Below, piece after piece: positions 38,840-48,348 of a stretch of 64,000 nucleotides of DNA. Made by a program: the position numbers and the translations under genes. This stretch comes from an uncultured Enterobacterales bacterium (GTDB lineage Bacteria > Myxococcota_A > UBA796 > CAZKWG01), in contig CAZTOW010000012.1 of NCBI GenBank assembly GCA_964615375.1, forward strand, positions 1 through 64,000, in the 5' to 3' direction. How positions within the stretch are numbered: the first letter of the stretch is position 1; every line of letters starts with the position of its first letter. The notes under the pieces are model-generated. The model was given only the letters and a program-made list of their open reading frames with translations. It was not told the origin of the DNA and did not search any database.

Positions 38840-40105
38840 TCACTCCGGCCAGGGCGGCGGCACCTCCCCCGGGTGGGCCTCCGTGAGGTCCAGCAGGAGG
38901 AGGATCGCGGCGCTGAGGTAGGTGCCCTGCAGATCGTCGCCCACCACCCCCGCGTCCACCGTGGCGTCGAAGTCCGCCTTCAGGTCCGTGAGCGTGTCGC
39001 GCTCGTCCTCCGTGATCTCCTCCGATCCCAGCACCCCGGCCAGCAGGGCCGAGGCGTCCGCGGCGTCCTCCACGGACAGCTCCTGCTCGCCCTGGTCCTC
39101 GTAGCGGGCCTCGTCGTTGGCGAAGGTGGTGATCAGGTTGGCCAGGAAGCGGCTGTGATCGCGGATCGTGCGGTAGTCGATGGTCTCGGCGTCGTCGTCC
39201 ACCGTGTGGTACCAGGTCATCCCCGGGCTGACGAACCAGAAGGCCGGGACGGGCACGTCCTGCTCGTAGAAGGGGTCCTGGTCGCTGGCGAAGACGGGGA
39301 TGGGGCCGCGGTTGACGAAGGTGACGTCCATGTCGGCGGTCGCCGCGACGTCTCGCACGGCCTCCTTCAGCTCGGGGCAGCGCTCCAGCCCCAGCAGGAT
39401 GAGCGGCCAGTAGTCGGGCAGCAGGCCGCGGCCCAGCGGATCGATGGAGAAGGCCACGGCCACGTCCTCGAGGGACAGCGTCGGGTCGGAGGTCCAGTCG
39501 TAAGCGCCCTTGAGCCCGCCCTCCTCGCTGTCGGTGATGAGCAGGAGCACCGAGCGGTCCAGGCTCACGCCCTCCTCGACCAGCACGCGCGCGACCTCCA
39601 GCAGCGTCGCCACGCCGGCCGCGTCGTCGAAGGCGCCGTTGTAGACCGCGCCCTCCTCCGTCACGCCCAGGTGGTCGTAGTGCGCCATGACCACCACGGT
39701 CTCCTGCGCGCGCTCGGGGTCGGAGCCCGGCAGCAGCGCGACGAGGTTGTCGCCCACGGTGGCCTCGATGGGGTAGACCGCGCCGTCCTCGTCCAGGGCC
39801 CAGCGCTCGCGGTCCAGCTCCAGATCGAAGCGGATGGTGTAGCCGCCGTCGTCGCCCACCGGCTCCAGGCCGATGGCGGCCAGCTCGCCCGCGATGTGGT
39901 CCCGCGCGATCCCGTGCCCCAGCGAGGTCGGCGTGCGCCCGCCCAGATCGTCGGACGCCAGGAATTCGATGTCCGCCTTGATCCGTGTCAGATCGATGGC
40001 GTCCAACACCTCGTCCGGGAGCGCGCTCGTCGCCTCGTCGGCGGAGTCGGGGGGCGCGGTCTCCTTGTCGGTGTCGCAGGCCGCGAGGAGGAGGAGGGAG
40101 AGCAT
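38840..40105 (-). CDS. M28 family metallopeptidase lipoprotein
   Basis: Lipobox LLLAAC. M28 zinc-ligand motifs (MAHYDHLG, DDAAGVATLLEVAR, ITDSEEGGLKG). Confidence 0.85.
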   Translation of the reverse strand: MLSLLLLAACDTDKETAPPDSADEATSALPDEVLDAIDLTRIKADIEFLASDDLGGRTPTSLGHGIARDHIAGELAAIGLEPVGDDGGYTIRFDLELDRERWALDEDGAVYPIEATVGDNLVALLPGSDPERAQETVVVMAHYDHLGVTEEGAVYNGAFDDAAGVATLLEVARVLVEEGVSLDRSVLLLITDSEEGGLKGAYDWTSDPTLSLEDVAVAFSIDPLGRGLLPDYWPLILLGLERCPELKEAVRDVAATADMDVTFVNRGPIPVFASDQDPFYEQDVPVPAFWFVSPGMTWYHTVDDDAETIDYRTIRDHSRFLANLITTFANDEARYEDQGEQELSVEDAADASALLAGVLGSEEITEDERDTLTDLKADFDATVDAGVVGDDLQGTYLSAAILLLLDLTEAHPGEVPPPWPE

Positions 40106-40346
40106 GGTCGGATCCTGGGTTCGGGGGGAGGGAGGCTTATCCCGGCGGGTCGGGACGAAAGAGGCGCCAGGCACACAGAGCCTCGAGCACGGTCAAAAAT
40201 CTTCGCCGATGTACATGTTTGTATACATCAAGCGTACAGTTTCGCGACAGATCTGGGGACTGTGGCATGGAATGATCTCTACAGGTCGGGCGGGGTGTGG
40301 GACCTCGCGCTGGCCGAACATGAACAGTCCACTCCCAGGAGTACCC

Positions 40347-40811
40347 ATGCGCACCCTCCTCGCCCTCACCGTGCTCGCCCTGTCCAACGCCGCCTTCGCC
40401 ACGGACGCGAAGATCTATCCAGGGGTCAATTGCTATCCGACGAGCGGTAGCACGGACATTGCCTACGCTCACGGAGCCATCCTGAACACGGGCAGCAGCG
40501 CCATGATCGTGCACTGTCCGATCGTCACGGACAACACCTCCACCACCTCTCTGTACGACGCTGACGTGTACGTGCTCGATCGCAGCGGCAGCGCAAGCGT
40601 GTCCTGCACGGTCTACGCGGTCGAGGTGTCCACCCAGGACAGCGAGTCCTCGACTGGGAGCTCGTCGGGGTCGTCCGCGGACCCGATGCAGGTGGACATC
40701 GGCGAGGTGGGCACCGGCGTGCCGAGTACGCTGTACATCACCTGCAACATCCCGGCGGTCTACGGCTACTCCTCCAGCGGGATCCTGGGCTACCGGATCG
40801 AGGAGAACTGA
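40347..40811 (+). CDS. small secreted Cys-containing protein (155 aa)
   Basis: AGGAG RBS; Sec signal peptide (MRTLLALTVLALSNAAFATDA); four Cys; Ser/Thr-rich. GC lower than neighbours. Confidence 0.65.
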   Translation: MRTLLALTVLALSNAAFATDAKIYPGVNCYPTSGSTDIAYAHGAILNTGSSAMIVHCPIVTDNTSTTSLYDADVYVLDRSGSASVSCTVYAVEVSTQDSESSTGSSSGSSADPMQVDIGEVGTGVPSTLYITCNIPAVYGYSSSGILGYRIEEN

Positions 40812-40825
40812 GCGACCCCGCCTCT

Positions 40826-42676
40826 CTACGGCTCCCCTACGCCCAGCGCGTAGGCCCGGTGATCCCCCGGCGGCAGGACCAGGCGCTCGCTGATCACGGC
40901 GGGCGCTGCGGCCTCGTCCCCGCGCGCCAGGGTGAGCGAGAGCTCGCCCAGGGCCGCCGTCGAGAGGGCGTCCTCGTTGACCAGCACCAGCACGCGCTCG
41001 TCGGCCGAGGCGAGCGGCACCTCGCCCCCGTCGCCGAGCGCGCCCTCAGCCAGGACGGGTGTAGAGAGGCCGTCCAGCCAGCTCGCGTAGCCGTCCAGCG
41101 TGGTCACGAACCAGCGGACGGTGGGGGCGGCGTCCTCCACTGTGAACGTGTCCGGCCCGTAGGCCAGGCTCTCGGCGATGACGCGGCCCTCGGTGGCCTC
41201 GCCGCCCACGGTCAGCAGGAGCTCGGGCTCCAGGTCGGGCGCGAGCGCCTCGCGGGCCGTGGGGGTGGGGATCGCGCCCACGATGGAGACCTCGATCACG
41301 TCCGTCTCGCCCGCGGCGATCCCCACCGATCCGTAGGTGATCTGGCTCGAGCTCTCCGGGTAGCCGCCCGCCGGGCTGTCTACACGGAAGGCGAACTCCT
41401 GATCGGCGGTCAGCGTGAACGAGGCCACACCCTGGCTGTCGGTAGACTGCTCCCCCGCGTACCACCAGGAGGTGTCGTAAGGCGACCAGATGGAGACCAC
41501 CGCGCCGTCCACCGGCGCCCCGTTCGCGTCCGTGACGTGGACCTCCATCGTGAACCAGTTGTCCGTGTCGTCCTCCGTCACCATCAACACCCGCGCGTCG
41601 CCTCGCGTCGTGTGGTTGGCGTAGGGCGCGCCGTAGGCGTGATCGAACCACCAGTTGACCGGCTCCCAGCGCACCCAGCGCTCCGACGAGGGGTCGAAGA
41701 AGGCGTTCCAGGTGTGGTCCCAGGAGGAGGGGACCACGTTGTAGTTGGGGATCAACGCGATGCGCGACAGGGCGGTGGTCATGTCCGCCCACTCGCCGCA
41801 GTTGCCCGCCCCCAGCCCGTAGATGCGGTTCGGTTGGATGCTGCGCTCGCTGCCCGCGCCGAAATTGAACCAGCGCCCCAGCGTAGGGTCGCTGGACAGC
41901 ATGAAGCCGGCGATGGCGCCCACCGCGCCCACCCCGCCGCCGTCGGAGGACCAGAGGGTGGTGACCTCGCTCATCGCGTCGGACAGCACGGGGCAGAACT
42001 CGCCCTCGGGGCAGTCCGCCGCGGCGCCCTCCCACAGGTAGCCGCGCCAGAAGGCGCCCTCTTCGGCGGTGCTGGGGCACTCCAGCGAGCGGCGGCGGCA
42101 GCTCTCCCAGGCGTCGATGTAGAGTGGGTGCTCGTCCTCGATGCGCGGGTGGACCACGTACCAGTAGTAGTCCTCGGCGGGCAGGTCGAAGCTCTGCAGC
42201 GCACCGTCCACCTCCACCACGTAGCGGGCGGTGGTCCGGTAGTCGGCGTCCACGCCCGGCTCGCCCTCGTCGACCAGGTCCACGTAGGCCAGGGACGGGT
42301 CCACGTCGCGGAGCCATTCGACGTTCTCCAGCAACAACTGGGGGTCGAAGTCCTCGTCGTCGAGGACCTCGGGCGAGAGGTGAGCGATGATGAAGGCCAG
42401 CTCGTCGGTGAGCCAGGGGTCGTCCAGATCGACGATCAGCGCGGCGAGCTCCTCGCGGGTGTCGGCGTCCACGCGGCGCAGCGCCAGCTCGAGATCGTCC
42501 TGCAGCCAGCCCGGGGCGCGCGCCAGGGCCTCGTCGGAGAGCTCGCCCAGGGCGTGCTCGGAGAGCGCCTCGAGCGCGGGCACGGGCGCCCGGGGCTCCG
42601 CGCTGTCTTCGGCCTCGGGCGCCGGCTTCTCCGGGGTCGAGGGATCGCAGGCCAGGAGGAGGGCGAGCAGGGTCAT
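40826..42676 (-). CDS. transglutaminase-like cysteine-protease-domain lipoprotein
   Basis: Lipobox LLLACD. Transglutaminase core with Cys (GNCGEWADMTT), His (WDHTWNAFFDP) and Asp. Confidence 0.75.
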   Translation of the reverse strand: MTLLALLLACDPSTPEKPAPEAEDSAEPRAPVPALEALSEHALGELSDEALARAPGWLQDDLELALRRVDADTREELAALIVDLDDPWLTDELAFIIAHLSPEVLDDEDFDPQLLLENVEWLRDVDPSLAYVDLVDEGEPGVDADYRTTARYVVEVDGALQSFDLPAEDYYWYVVHPRIEDEHPLYIDAWESCRRRSLECPSTAEEGAFWRGYLWEGAAADCPEGEFCPVLSDAMSEVTTLWSSDGGGVGAVGAIAGFMLSSDPTLGRWFNFGAGSERSIQPNRIYGLGAGNCGEWADMTTALSRIALIPNYNVVPSSWDHTWNAFFDPSSERWVRWEPVNWWFDHAYGAPYANHTTRGDARVLMVTEDDTDNWFTMEVHVTDANGAPVDGAVVSIWSPYDTSWWYAGEQSTDSQGVASFTLTADQEFAFRVDSPAGGYPESSSQITYGSVGIAAGETDVIEVSIVGAIPTPTAREALAPDLEPELLLTVGGEATEGRVIAESLAYGPDTFTVEDAAPTVRWFVTTLDGYASWLDGLSTPVLAEGALGDGGEVPLASADERVLVLVNEDALSTAALGELSLTLARGDEAAAPAVISERLVLPPGDHRAYALGVGEP

Positions 42677-42729
42677 GGCGACTCCGGGTGACCCGATCAG
42701 GATAGCAGCTTCTCCCGGGCGCGGCGCGA

Positions 42730-43413
42730 TCAGACCCCCAACCTCCTGCGCAGCGCGCGGGCGGCGGCGCGGGAGACGGCGACCAGGGCGCCCCCGCGGA
42801 GGGTGGCGATGGCCCCGCCGTCCTCGCCGGGGCTCAGCAGGGTGATCGCGTCCAGCGAGACCAGGGCGCGGCGGCTCACGCGGAGGAAGCGGTCGGGCAG
42901 GCGGCGCTCCAGGTCACCCAGGGTGAGCGCGCAGATCAGCGGCCCCTCGCGGGTGTGGATGGTCAGGGTCTCGCCGTCCAGGGTGGCGTGGCTGATGTCC
43001 TCGGGCCGCACGAGCCGGAGCCCGCGGGCGCCGGGGATGGCGAGGGGGTCGGGGCTCGCCGCGCGGGGGCGGACGCGGGCCAGCGCGCGGGCGAGGTGTT
43101 GCGCGTCCACGGGCTTGAGCAGGTAGTCGGTGGCGCCCACCCCAAAGGCCGCCAGCGCGTGCTCGGGGTGGGCGGTGACGAAGACCACCTCCGGCCCGTC
43201 CTCCCCCAGCAGCGCGGCCAGGTCGAGGCCGCTCAGCCCGGGCATGTCGATGTCCAGGAAGGCCACGTCGCAGGGCTCCTCGCGCAGGGCGCTGAGCGCG
43301 TCGGCGGATGTGGCGCAGCTCGCCACGATCTCCACGCCGGGGAGTGAGGATACTAATCGATTTAGTCTCTGGAGCGCGAGCGCCTCGTCGTCGGCCAGGA
43401 TCACCCGGATCAC
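42730..43413 (-). CDS. LytTR-family response regulator
   Basis: REC domain (MIRVILADDE ... DIDMPGLSGLD) plus C-terminal LytTR DNA-binding domain. GTG start overlaps the kinase stop (GTGA). The 519-aa ORF-track frame is an artefact spanning both genes. Confidence 0.85.
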   Translation of the reverse strand: MIRVILADDEALALQRLNRLVSSLPGVEIVASCATSADALSALREEPCDVAFLDIDMPGLSGLDLAALLGEDGPEVVFVTAHPEHALAAFGVGATDYLLKPVDAQHLARALARVRPRAASPDPLAIPGARGLRLVRPEDISHATLDGETLTIHTREGPLICALTLGDLERRLPDRFLRVSRRALVSLDAITLLSPGEDGGAIATLRGGALVAVSRAAARALRRRLGV

Positions 43414-44411
43414 GGCGCCTCCAGCGGCGGACCGGGCAGGCTCAGGCTCAGGCGGGTCCCCCCGTCGGCCTCGCCGAGCTCCAGCGCGCTCCCGATATAG
43501 CCCAGGCTCAGGCGCCGCCGCGTCAGCGCCAGCCCCTCGCCCCCCGCTCGCGGGCCTCGACAGGGGCCGGGGTTCTGGATCTGTATCTGTACACCATCGC
43601 CCTCCGCGGTGACCGAGATCCGCACAGACCCCGCGTGCCCGGCGGCCGGGCCGTGCTTGACGGCGTTCTCCACCAGCGGCAGCAGCAGCAGGGGCGGGAC
43701 CTGGAGCGCGGGGATCTCTCCCAGGATCTCGTAGGTGTAACGTCCGGGATCGCGCGTGTGGTACAGCTCCAGCACGTCTCTGCACAACGCGAGCTCGCGC
43801 TGCAAGGGCCAGCTGGCCAGCTGAACCCCGCTCTGGATGGCCCGCAGCAGATCGGAGAGGCGCAGGATCGCGCGCTCGGCGACCAGCGGATCGCTGTGAC
43901 ACCACTCGGCGATGGCGGAGAGGGTGTTGAACAGGAAGTGCGGGTCGAGCTGGGCGCGCAGGGCGAGGAGCTCGGCCCGCTCCCGATCGCGTAACAGCGC
44001 CTCCGCCCGCGCCTCGGCTCGCTGGAGGCGCCCCTCGTCCTCGATGTCTCGCCCCAGCCCGTAGCCGGCCACCGCCAGCAGGCCGAAGACCAGGGGCATC
44101 GTGACGGGGTGCGTCAGGAAGCGGTCCTCGAAGCCCGACCATCGCGGGAGGAGGAGCGCCAGGACCAGGGTGGCCAGCAGGCAGACGAGCCCGTAGCGCA
44201 GCGGGTGAGGGGAGAGGGCGCGCCAGGCGGCGGGGGCCACGAGCAGGGTGCCCAGGATGAGCGTGAGCCCCGCCAGCACGCCGCTCCACGGGTCCTCGTT
44301 CCAGGCCGCCTGCGCCAGCAGGAGCGGGATCGCGACCAGCGTGACGGCCGCCGCCCGCCGCGGCGCCAGCAGCGCGGACCAGGTGTCGCGGACCAGCGAG
44401 AGGGTGCTCAT
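43410..44411 (-). CDS. sensor histidine kinase, LytS/YehU family
   Basis: Three to four N-terminal TM helices; HFLFNTL His_kinase motif; HATPase_c (LVENAVKHG). Confidence 0.85.
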   Translation of the reverse strand: MSTLSLVRDTWSALLAPRRAAAVTLVAIPLLLAQAAWNEDPWSGVLAGLTLILGTLLVAPAAWRALSPHPLRYGLVCLLATLVLALLLPRWSGFEDRFLTHPVTMPLVFGLLAVAGYGLGRDIEDEGRLQRAEARAEALLRDRERAELLALRAQLDPHFLFNTLSAIAEWCHSDPLVAERAILRLSDLLRAIQSGVQLASWPLQRELALCRDVLELYHTRDPGRYTYEILGEIPALQVPPLLLLPLVENAVKHGPAAGHAGSVRISVTAEGDGVQIQIQNPGPCRGPRAGGEGLALTRRRLSLGYIGSALELGEADGGTRLSLSLPGPPLEAP

Positions 44412-44421
44412 CGACGCTCCC

Positions 44422-45561
44422 CTATCCCAGCACCCGCTCCCACAGCGGCCCCGCCACCATGCCCGCCAGGATGACGGCGTCGCCCACGGCGTTGCTGGCC
44501 CGGAAGCGGCGCCGCCCCTGCTCCTCGACGGGCAGGGCGGTCACCTGCAGGGAGGCGCGCAGGGCCCGGTGCCAGCGCAGATCCCCGAAGCTCCGGGAGG
44601 CGAGGATGGCGAGGCCGGACGAGGAGGGGCTGGCCTGGAGCACGGGCAGGACGATCCCGGAGTCCACGTCCATGGCCCCGCTCACCCCGGGCGGCCACTC
44701 TCGCGCGTAGCCGAGGCCCAGCACGGTGCGGCCCAGGGCCTCGCGGGCCAGGACGTACTGCTCCTCGGCCAGATCGGCGTCGATGAGGCGCAGCATGTGG
44801 GCCACCAGCCAGATGGTCGAGCCCTCCGGCCCGTCCCCGTGCGTGCCCGACCAGGTGAAGCTGGACACCAGCATCCCCGTCCGCGGGTCGATGAGCCGCT
44901 CCCGCGCGAGGGCCGCCCAGCGCGCCCGAAAGGCGCCGTCGTCCGTGCCCTCCAGCCGGTCCATCATGCGCTGCGCCGCCAGGGCGAGCGTGTTGCAGAA
45001 GGTCCAGCACTCGTTGGGGTAGCTCTCGGCGGAGAGCATGGGGCTCGCGGCCATGGAGGCGCGGACGCTGTCTCTCAGCGCGCGGGAGCGACGGGCCAGC
45101 TCGGGGTCGTCGTCGGAGAGCAGGCGGCGGATGACCATCATCATCAGGCGCTCGCCGTCGGTGAACAGGCTGCGGCCGTCTCCCCGGCAGGTCTCGGCGG
45201 CCCAGTAGGACATGAGGAAGTACTCCTGGCCGTACCTCTGGACGTGCTCCTCGGTGTCGGCGATCATCTGGTCCAGCGCCCCGACCGCCCGCTCCTGCCA
45301 GCCGCCCGGGTCCAGCACCGCCAGATCGCCCAGGGCCAGGGCCAGGAAGGTGCGGGACATGAGGTCGTACTCCGGGTTCATGGCGTGCGCGACCCGGAGA
45401 TCGTCCTGGGGTCCGCCCTCCCAGGGCCACAGCCGGGCCTCAGCCAGCGCGGCGACCTCCCGGTCCCCATCCACCGCCCGCGCCAGCACCGGCACCGATC
45501 CAATCCCCAGCGCGCCGAGCGAGAGCGCGCCACCGAGCAGGGTCCTTCGCGTGAGCTCCAT
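44422..45561 (-). CDS. Tat-exported hypothetical protein, first gene of the LytS/LytTR operon
   Basis: Twin-arginine signal MELTRRTLLGGALSLGALG. 10-nt gap before the kinase gene. No recognised domain. Confidence 0.6.
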   Translation of the reverse strand: MELTRRTLLGGALSLGALGIGSVPVLARAVDGDREVAALAEARLWPWEGGPQDDLRVAHAMNPEYDLMSRTFLALALGDLAVLDPGGWQERAVGALDQMIADTEEHVQRYGQEYFLMSYWAAETCRGDGRSLFTDGERLMMMVIRRLLSDDDPELARRSRALRDSVRASMAASPMLSAESYPNECWTFCNTLALAAQRMMDRLEGTDDGAFRARWAALARERLIDPRTGMLVSSFTWSGTHGDGPEGSTIWLVAHMLRLIDADLAEEQYVLAREALGRTVLGLGYAREWPPGVSGAMDVDSGIVLPVLQASPSSSGLAILASRSFGDLRWHRALRASLQVTALPVEEQGRRRFRASNAVGDAVILAGMVAGPLWERVLG

Positions 45562-45692
45562 GTTGACCTCCACCCCCAGCTTCACCCGCGTCCGGAGGCG
45601 CCGGAGCGGGGATCGGGCTGAGCGGTCGGAGGTCCCGCCTGAGCGGTCGGGGGCGGGGGCTGAGCGGCGCGGCGGGCGGCGTGGTGGGGCCC

Positions 45693-46667
45693 CTACGCGT
45701 GGATCGTCACGATCACGCTGCCCTTCTTGCGCCCGGAGTCCACGACGCGGTAGGCGTCGACGATGCGATCGAAGGGGAAGCGCGCCTCGATGACGGCCTT
45801 GAACGCGCCCTCCTCGGCCAGCCTCACCAGGGTCTGAAAGTCTTCGGGGCGCTCCGAAGCCGGCCCGGCCACCATCCGATGCTTCTCCTTTCCCCCAACG
45901 AAGAGGCCGCTGAGGTTGTCGCCGAGGGTGGCGAGCACGGCCAGGAGCCGGCCGCCCGGGGCCAGGACGGGCTTCACCCGGGTGTAGGGCGCGGTGCCCG
46001 CGGTGTCGATGATGACGTCATAGCGCTCCTTGCCGGCGGCGAAGTCGGTCTTCGCGTAGTCCAGGACCTCGTCCGCGCCCAGCGCGCGCACCAGCTCCAT
46101 GTTGGCGGCGCTGCACACCGCCGTCACGTGCGCGCCGAGGTGCTTCGCCAGCTGCACCGCCGCCGAGCCCACGTTCCCCGAGGCCCCGTTGACCAGCACC
46201 CGCTCGCCCCGCTTCACGGCGCCCCGATTCAGGAAGTCCAGCGCGGTCATGCCGCCAAAGGGCAGGCCCGCCGCCTCCTCGAAGCTCATCGTCGCGGGGA
46301 TCTTCGCGATCCGGCCGTCTTCGGGCATGATCAGGTGCTCGGCGTGGCCGCCCATCGCGCTCCCGGGGAAGGCGACGACCCGGTCACCCACGGCGAAGCG
46401 GGTGACGCCCTCGCCCACGGCGTCCACGCGCCCGGCCGCGTCCGTCCCCAGCACGCCCTTCCGCGGCCCGCCGAAGCCGATCGCCACGCCGCGCAGCAGG
46501 CCGAAGCCGCTGGGCAGCACGCCGCTGCGCAGCCGCCAGTCGCCCGCCGTGACGGCGGCGGCGTGGACCTGCACGCGCACCTGTCCGGGGCCGGGGGTGG
46601 GGGAGGGGAGCTCGCGGAGCTCGACGACCTCGGGGGGACCATAGTGGGGGACATAGGCGGCTCTCAT
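45693..46667 (-). CDS. zinc-binding alcohol dehydrogenase / NADPH:quinone oxidoreductase (MDR family)
   Basis: GroES-like N-terminal domain; NAD(P) Rossmann motif VLVNGASGNVGSAAVQLAK. Confidence 0.85.
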   Translation of the reverse strand: MRAAYVPHYGPPEVVELRELPSPTPGPGQVRVQVHAAAVTAGDWRLRSGVLPSGFGLLRGVAIGFGGPRKGVLGTDAAGRVDAVGEGVTRFAVGDRVVAFPGSAMGGHAEHLIMPEDGRIAKIPATMSFEEAAGLPFGGMTALDFLNRGAVKRGERVLVNGASGNVGSAAVQLAKHLGAHVTAVCSAANMELVRALGADEVLDYAKTDFAAGKERYDVIIDTAGTAPYTRVKPVLAPGGRLLAVLATLGDNLSGLFVGGKEKHRMVAGPASERPEDFQTLVRLAEEGAFKAVIEARFPFDRIVDAYRVVDSGRKKGSVIVTIHA

Positions 46668-46698
46668 GGGTGTCGTGCTCCAGGGTGGCGTTGTTGAT

Positions 46699-46726
46699 GT
46701 TTACAGTGTAAGCTTACATCGTAAAC
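46699..46726. promoter_or_regulatory. 28-bp palindromic operator GTTTACAGTGTAAG|CTTACATCGTAAAC in the divergent MDR-oxidoreductase/TetR intergenic region
   Basis: 12 of 14 half-site positions symmetric; AT-rich in a 70% GC background; between divergent genes, one a TetR regulator. Confidence 0.6.
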
Positions 46727-46797
46727 TCGTCAAGGCCCCTGGCTGCGATAGATCTGGGGCGCTACACCGGCGGGACGCCGCCCCGCCTGGGAGCCCC

Positions 46798-47484
46798 ATG
46801 AAGACCGAGACCTCGTCACCTCGCCCGCCCCGTCAGCCGCTCACCCGCGAGCGGGTGGTGGCGGCGGCGCTGGCGCTGGTGGACCAGGGGGGGATCGAGG
46901 CGCTCTCCATGCGCGCGGTCGCCGCCGAGCTGGGCGTGGAGGCGATGTCGCTCTACCGGCACGTCTCCAGCCGGGAGGACCTGATCCTGGCCGTGGCCGA
47001 CCGCGTCCTGGACGAGGTGGAGGTGCCGCCCCCCGGGACCCCCTGGCGGGAGGCGATGCGGCGGCGGGCGCTCTCGGCGCGGGAGGTCTTTCTGCGGCAC
47101 CCGTCCTCAGCGATCGTGATGGAGAGCTGCGCCACGATGACGCCGGCCCGGCTGCGGTACTCGGACGCCATCGTCGGGCTGCTGATGGCGGACGGCTTCG
47201 ATCCCACGCTGGCCTACCGGGCGTTCCTGATGCTGGACTCCTATGTCTACGGCTTCACCATGCAGGAGCTGAGCTGGCCGCACCCCGGCTCCTCCGCCGA
47301 GCCGGTGGAGGCGGTGGCGGTGCCCCCGGAGCGCTACCCGCACTTCGCGGCGGTGATGGGGGCGGTGATGTCCAAGGTGGGGGAGCGGGGGTTGGAGCAG
47401 TCTTATGCGGACGAGTTCGTGTTCGGGCTGGAGCTCGTGTTGGACGCGTTGGGGCGGGGGCGGGCTCTATCCCGCGCGGGATAG
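46798..47484 (+). CDS. TetR/AcrR family transcriptional regulator
   Basis: N-terminal HTH (ALSMRAVAAELGVEAMSLYRHVSSREDL) and TetR C-terminal domain. Confidence 0.85.
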   Translation: MKTETSSPRPPRQPLTRERVVAAALALVDQGGIEALSMRAVAAELGVEAMSLYRHVSSREDLILAVADRVLDEVEVPPPGTPWREAMRRRALSAREVFLRHPSSAIVMESCATMTPARLRYSDAIVGLLMADGFDPTLAYRAFLMLDSYVYGFTMQELSWPHPGSSAEPVEAVAVPPERYPHFAAVMGAVMSKVGERGLEQSYADEFVFGLELVLDALGRGRALSRAG

Positions 47485-47493
47485 AGCCCTCGA

Positions 47494-48348
47494 ATGGACC
47501 TCTTCCGCACCCCCACCCGTCACGCCGGCGGCGAGGCCGACCTCGTCGTCCTCGACCCGGATCATCCCGGCTTCCGCGATCCCGCCTACCGGGCGCGCCG
47601 CGACCAGATCGCGCGCCTGGCCCTGGCGCACCAGACCGGCCAGCGCGTGGTGTCGGTGGACTACACGGCCGAGGAGCACGAGACCTGGCGCACGGTCTGG
47701 GGTCGGCTGGCGCCGCTGCACCGCGCGCGGGTGTGCCGGGAGATCCTGGAGCTCCAGGAGATCCTGCCGCTGCCGCACGAGGCCATCCCCCAGCTCGAGG
47801 ACCTGAACCCCATCGTGGACGCCGTGGCCGGCTTCCGGCTGGAGCCCGTGGCGGGCCTGGTCAGCCCGCGCACCTTCCTGCGCTACCTCGGGCGGCGGGT
47901 CTTCCTCAGCACCCAGTACATCCGCCACCCCAGCCGGCCCTTCTATACGCCCGAGCCCGACGTCGTCCACGAGCTGGTGGGCCACGTCGCGACCCTGGTC
48001 CACCCCGGGATCGCCGAGCTCAACCGCGTGCTGGGCGAGGCGGCGGAGGTGGCCGACGAGGCGGAGATGGCGCGGCTCGACCGGGTGTACTGGTACACGC
48101 TCGAGTTCGGCGTGGTCCTCCAGGACGGTGAGCCCCGGGCGTTCGGCGCCGGGCTGCTGTCGAGCGTGGGCGAGCTCGCCGAGTATGACCGGCACGCCAC
48201 CCTCACCGGCTGGGACGTGGACCGCATGGCGGCCACCCCCTTCGACCCGACGCGCTACCAGGACGTGCTCTTCGTCGCGCCCTCGTTCACGCGCCTGCTG
48301 TGCGACACGGCGGCCTGGGTGCGGACCGGGCGCTGGCGGGCGGCTTAG
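47494..48348 (+). CDS. phhA: phenylalanine 4-monooxygenase (aromatic amino acid hydroxylase)
   Basis: Iron-ligand motif PDVVHELVGHVATL ... E; biopterin hydroxylase family, monomeric bacterial size. Confidence 0.85.
   Translation: MDLFRTPTRHAGGEADLVVLDPDHPGFRDPAYRARRDQIARLALAHQTGQRVVSVDYTAEEHETWRTVWGRLAPLHRARVCREILELQEILPLPHEAIPQLEDLNPIVDAVAGFRLEPVAGLVSPRTFLRYLGRRVFLSTQYIRHPSRPFYTPEPDVVHELVGHVATLVHPGIAELNRVLGEAAEVADEAEMARLDRVYWYTLEFGVVLQDGEPRAFGAGLLSSVGELAEYDRHATLTGWDVDRMAATPFDPTRYQDVLFVAPSFTRLLCDTAAWVRTGRWRAA

Noticed and set aside
42730-44289. 519-aa single ORF spanning the LytTR and kinase region
   Set aside because: Only the C-terminal 228 aa (from the GTG at 43413) are REC+LytTR. The upstream portion is out of frame with the true kinase gene and Arg/Gly-rich.
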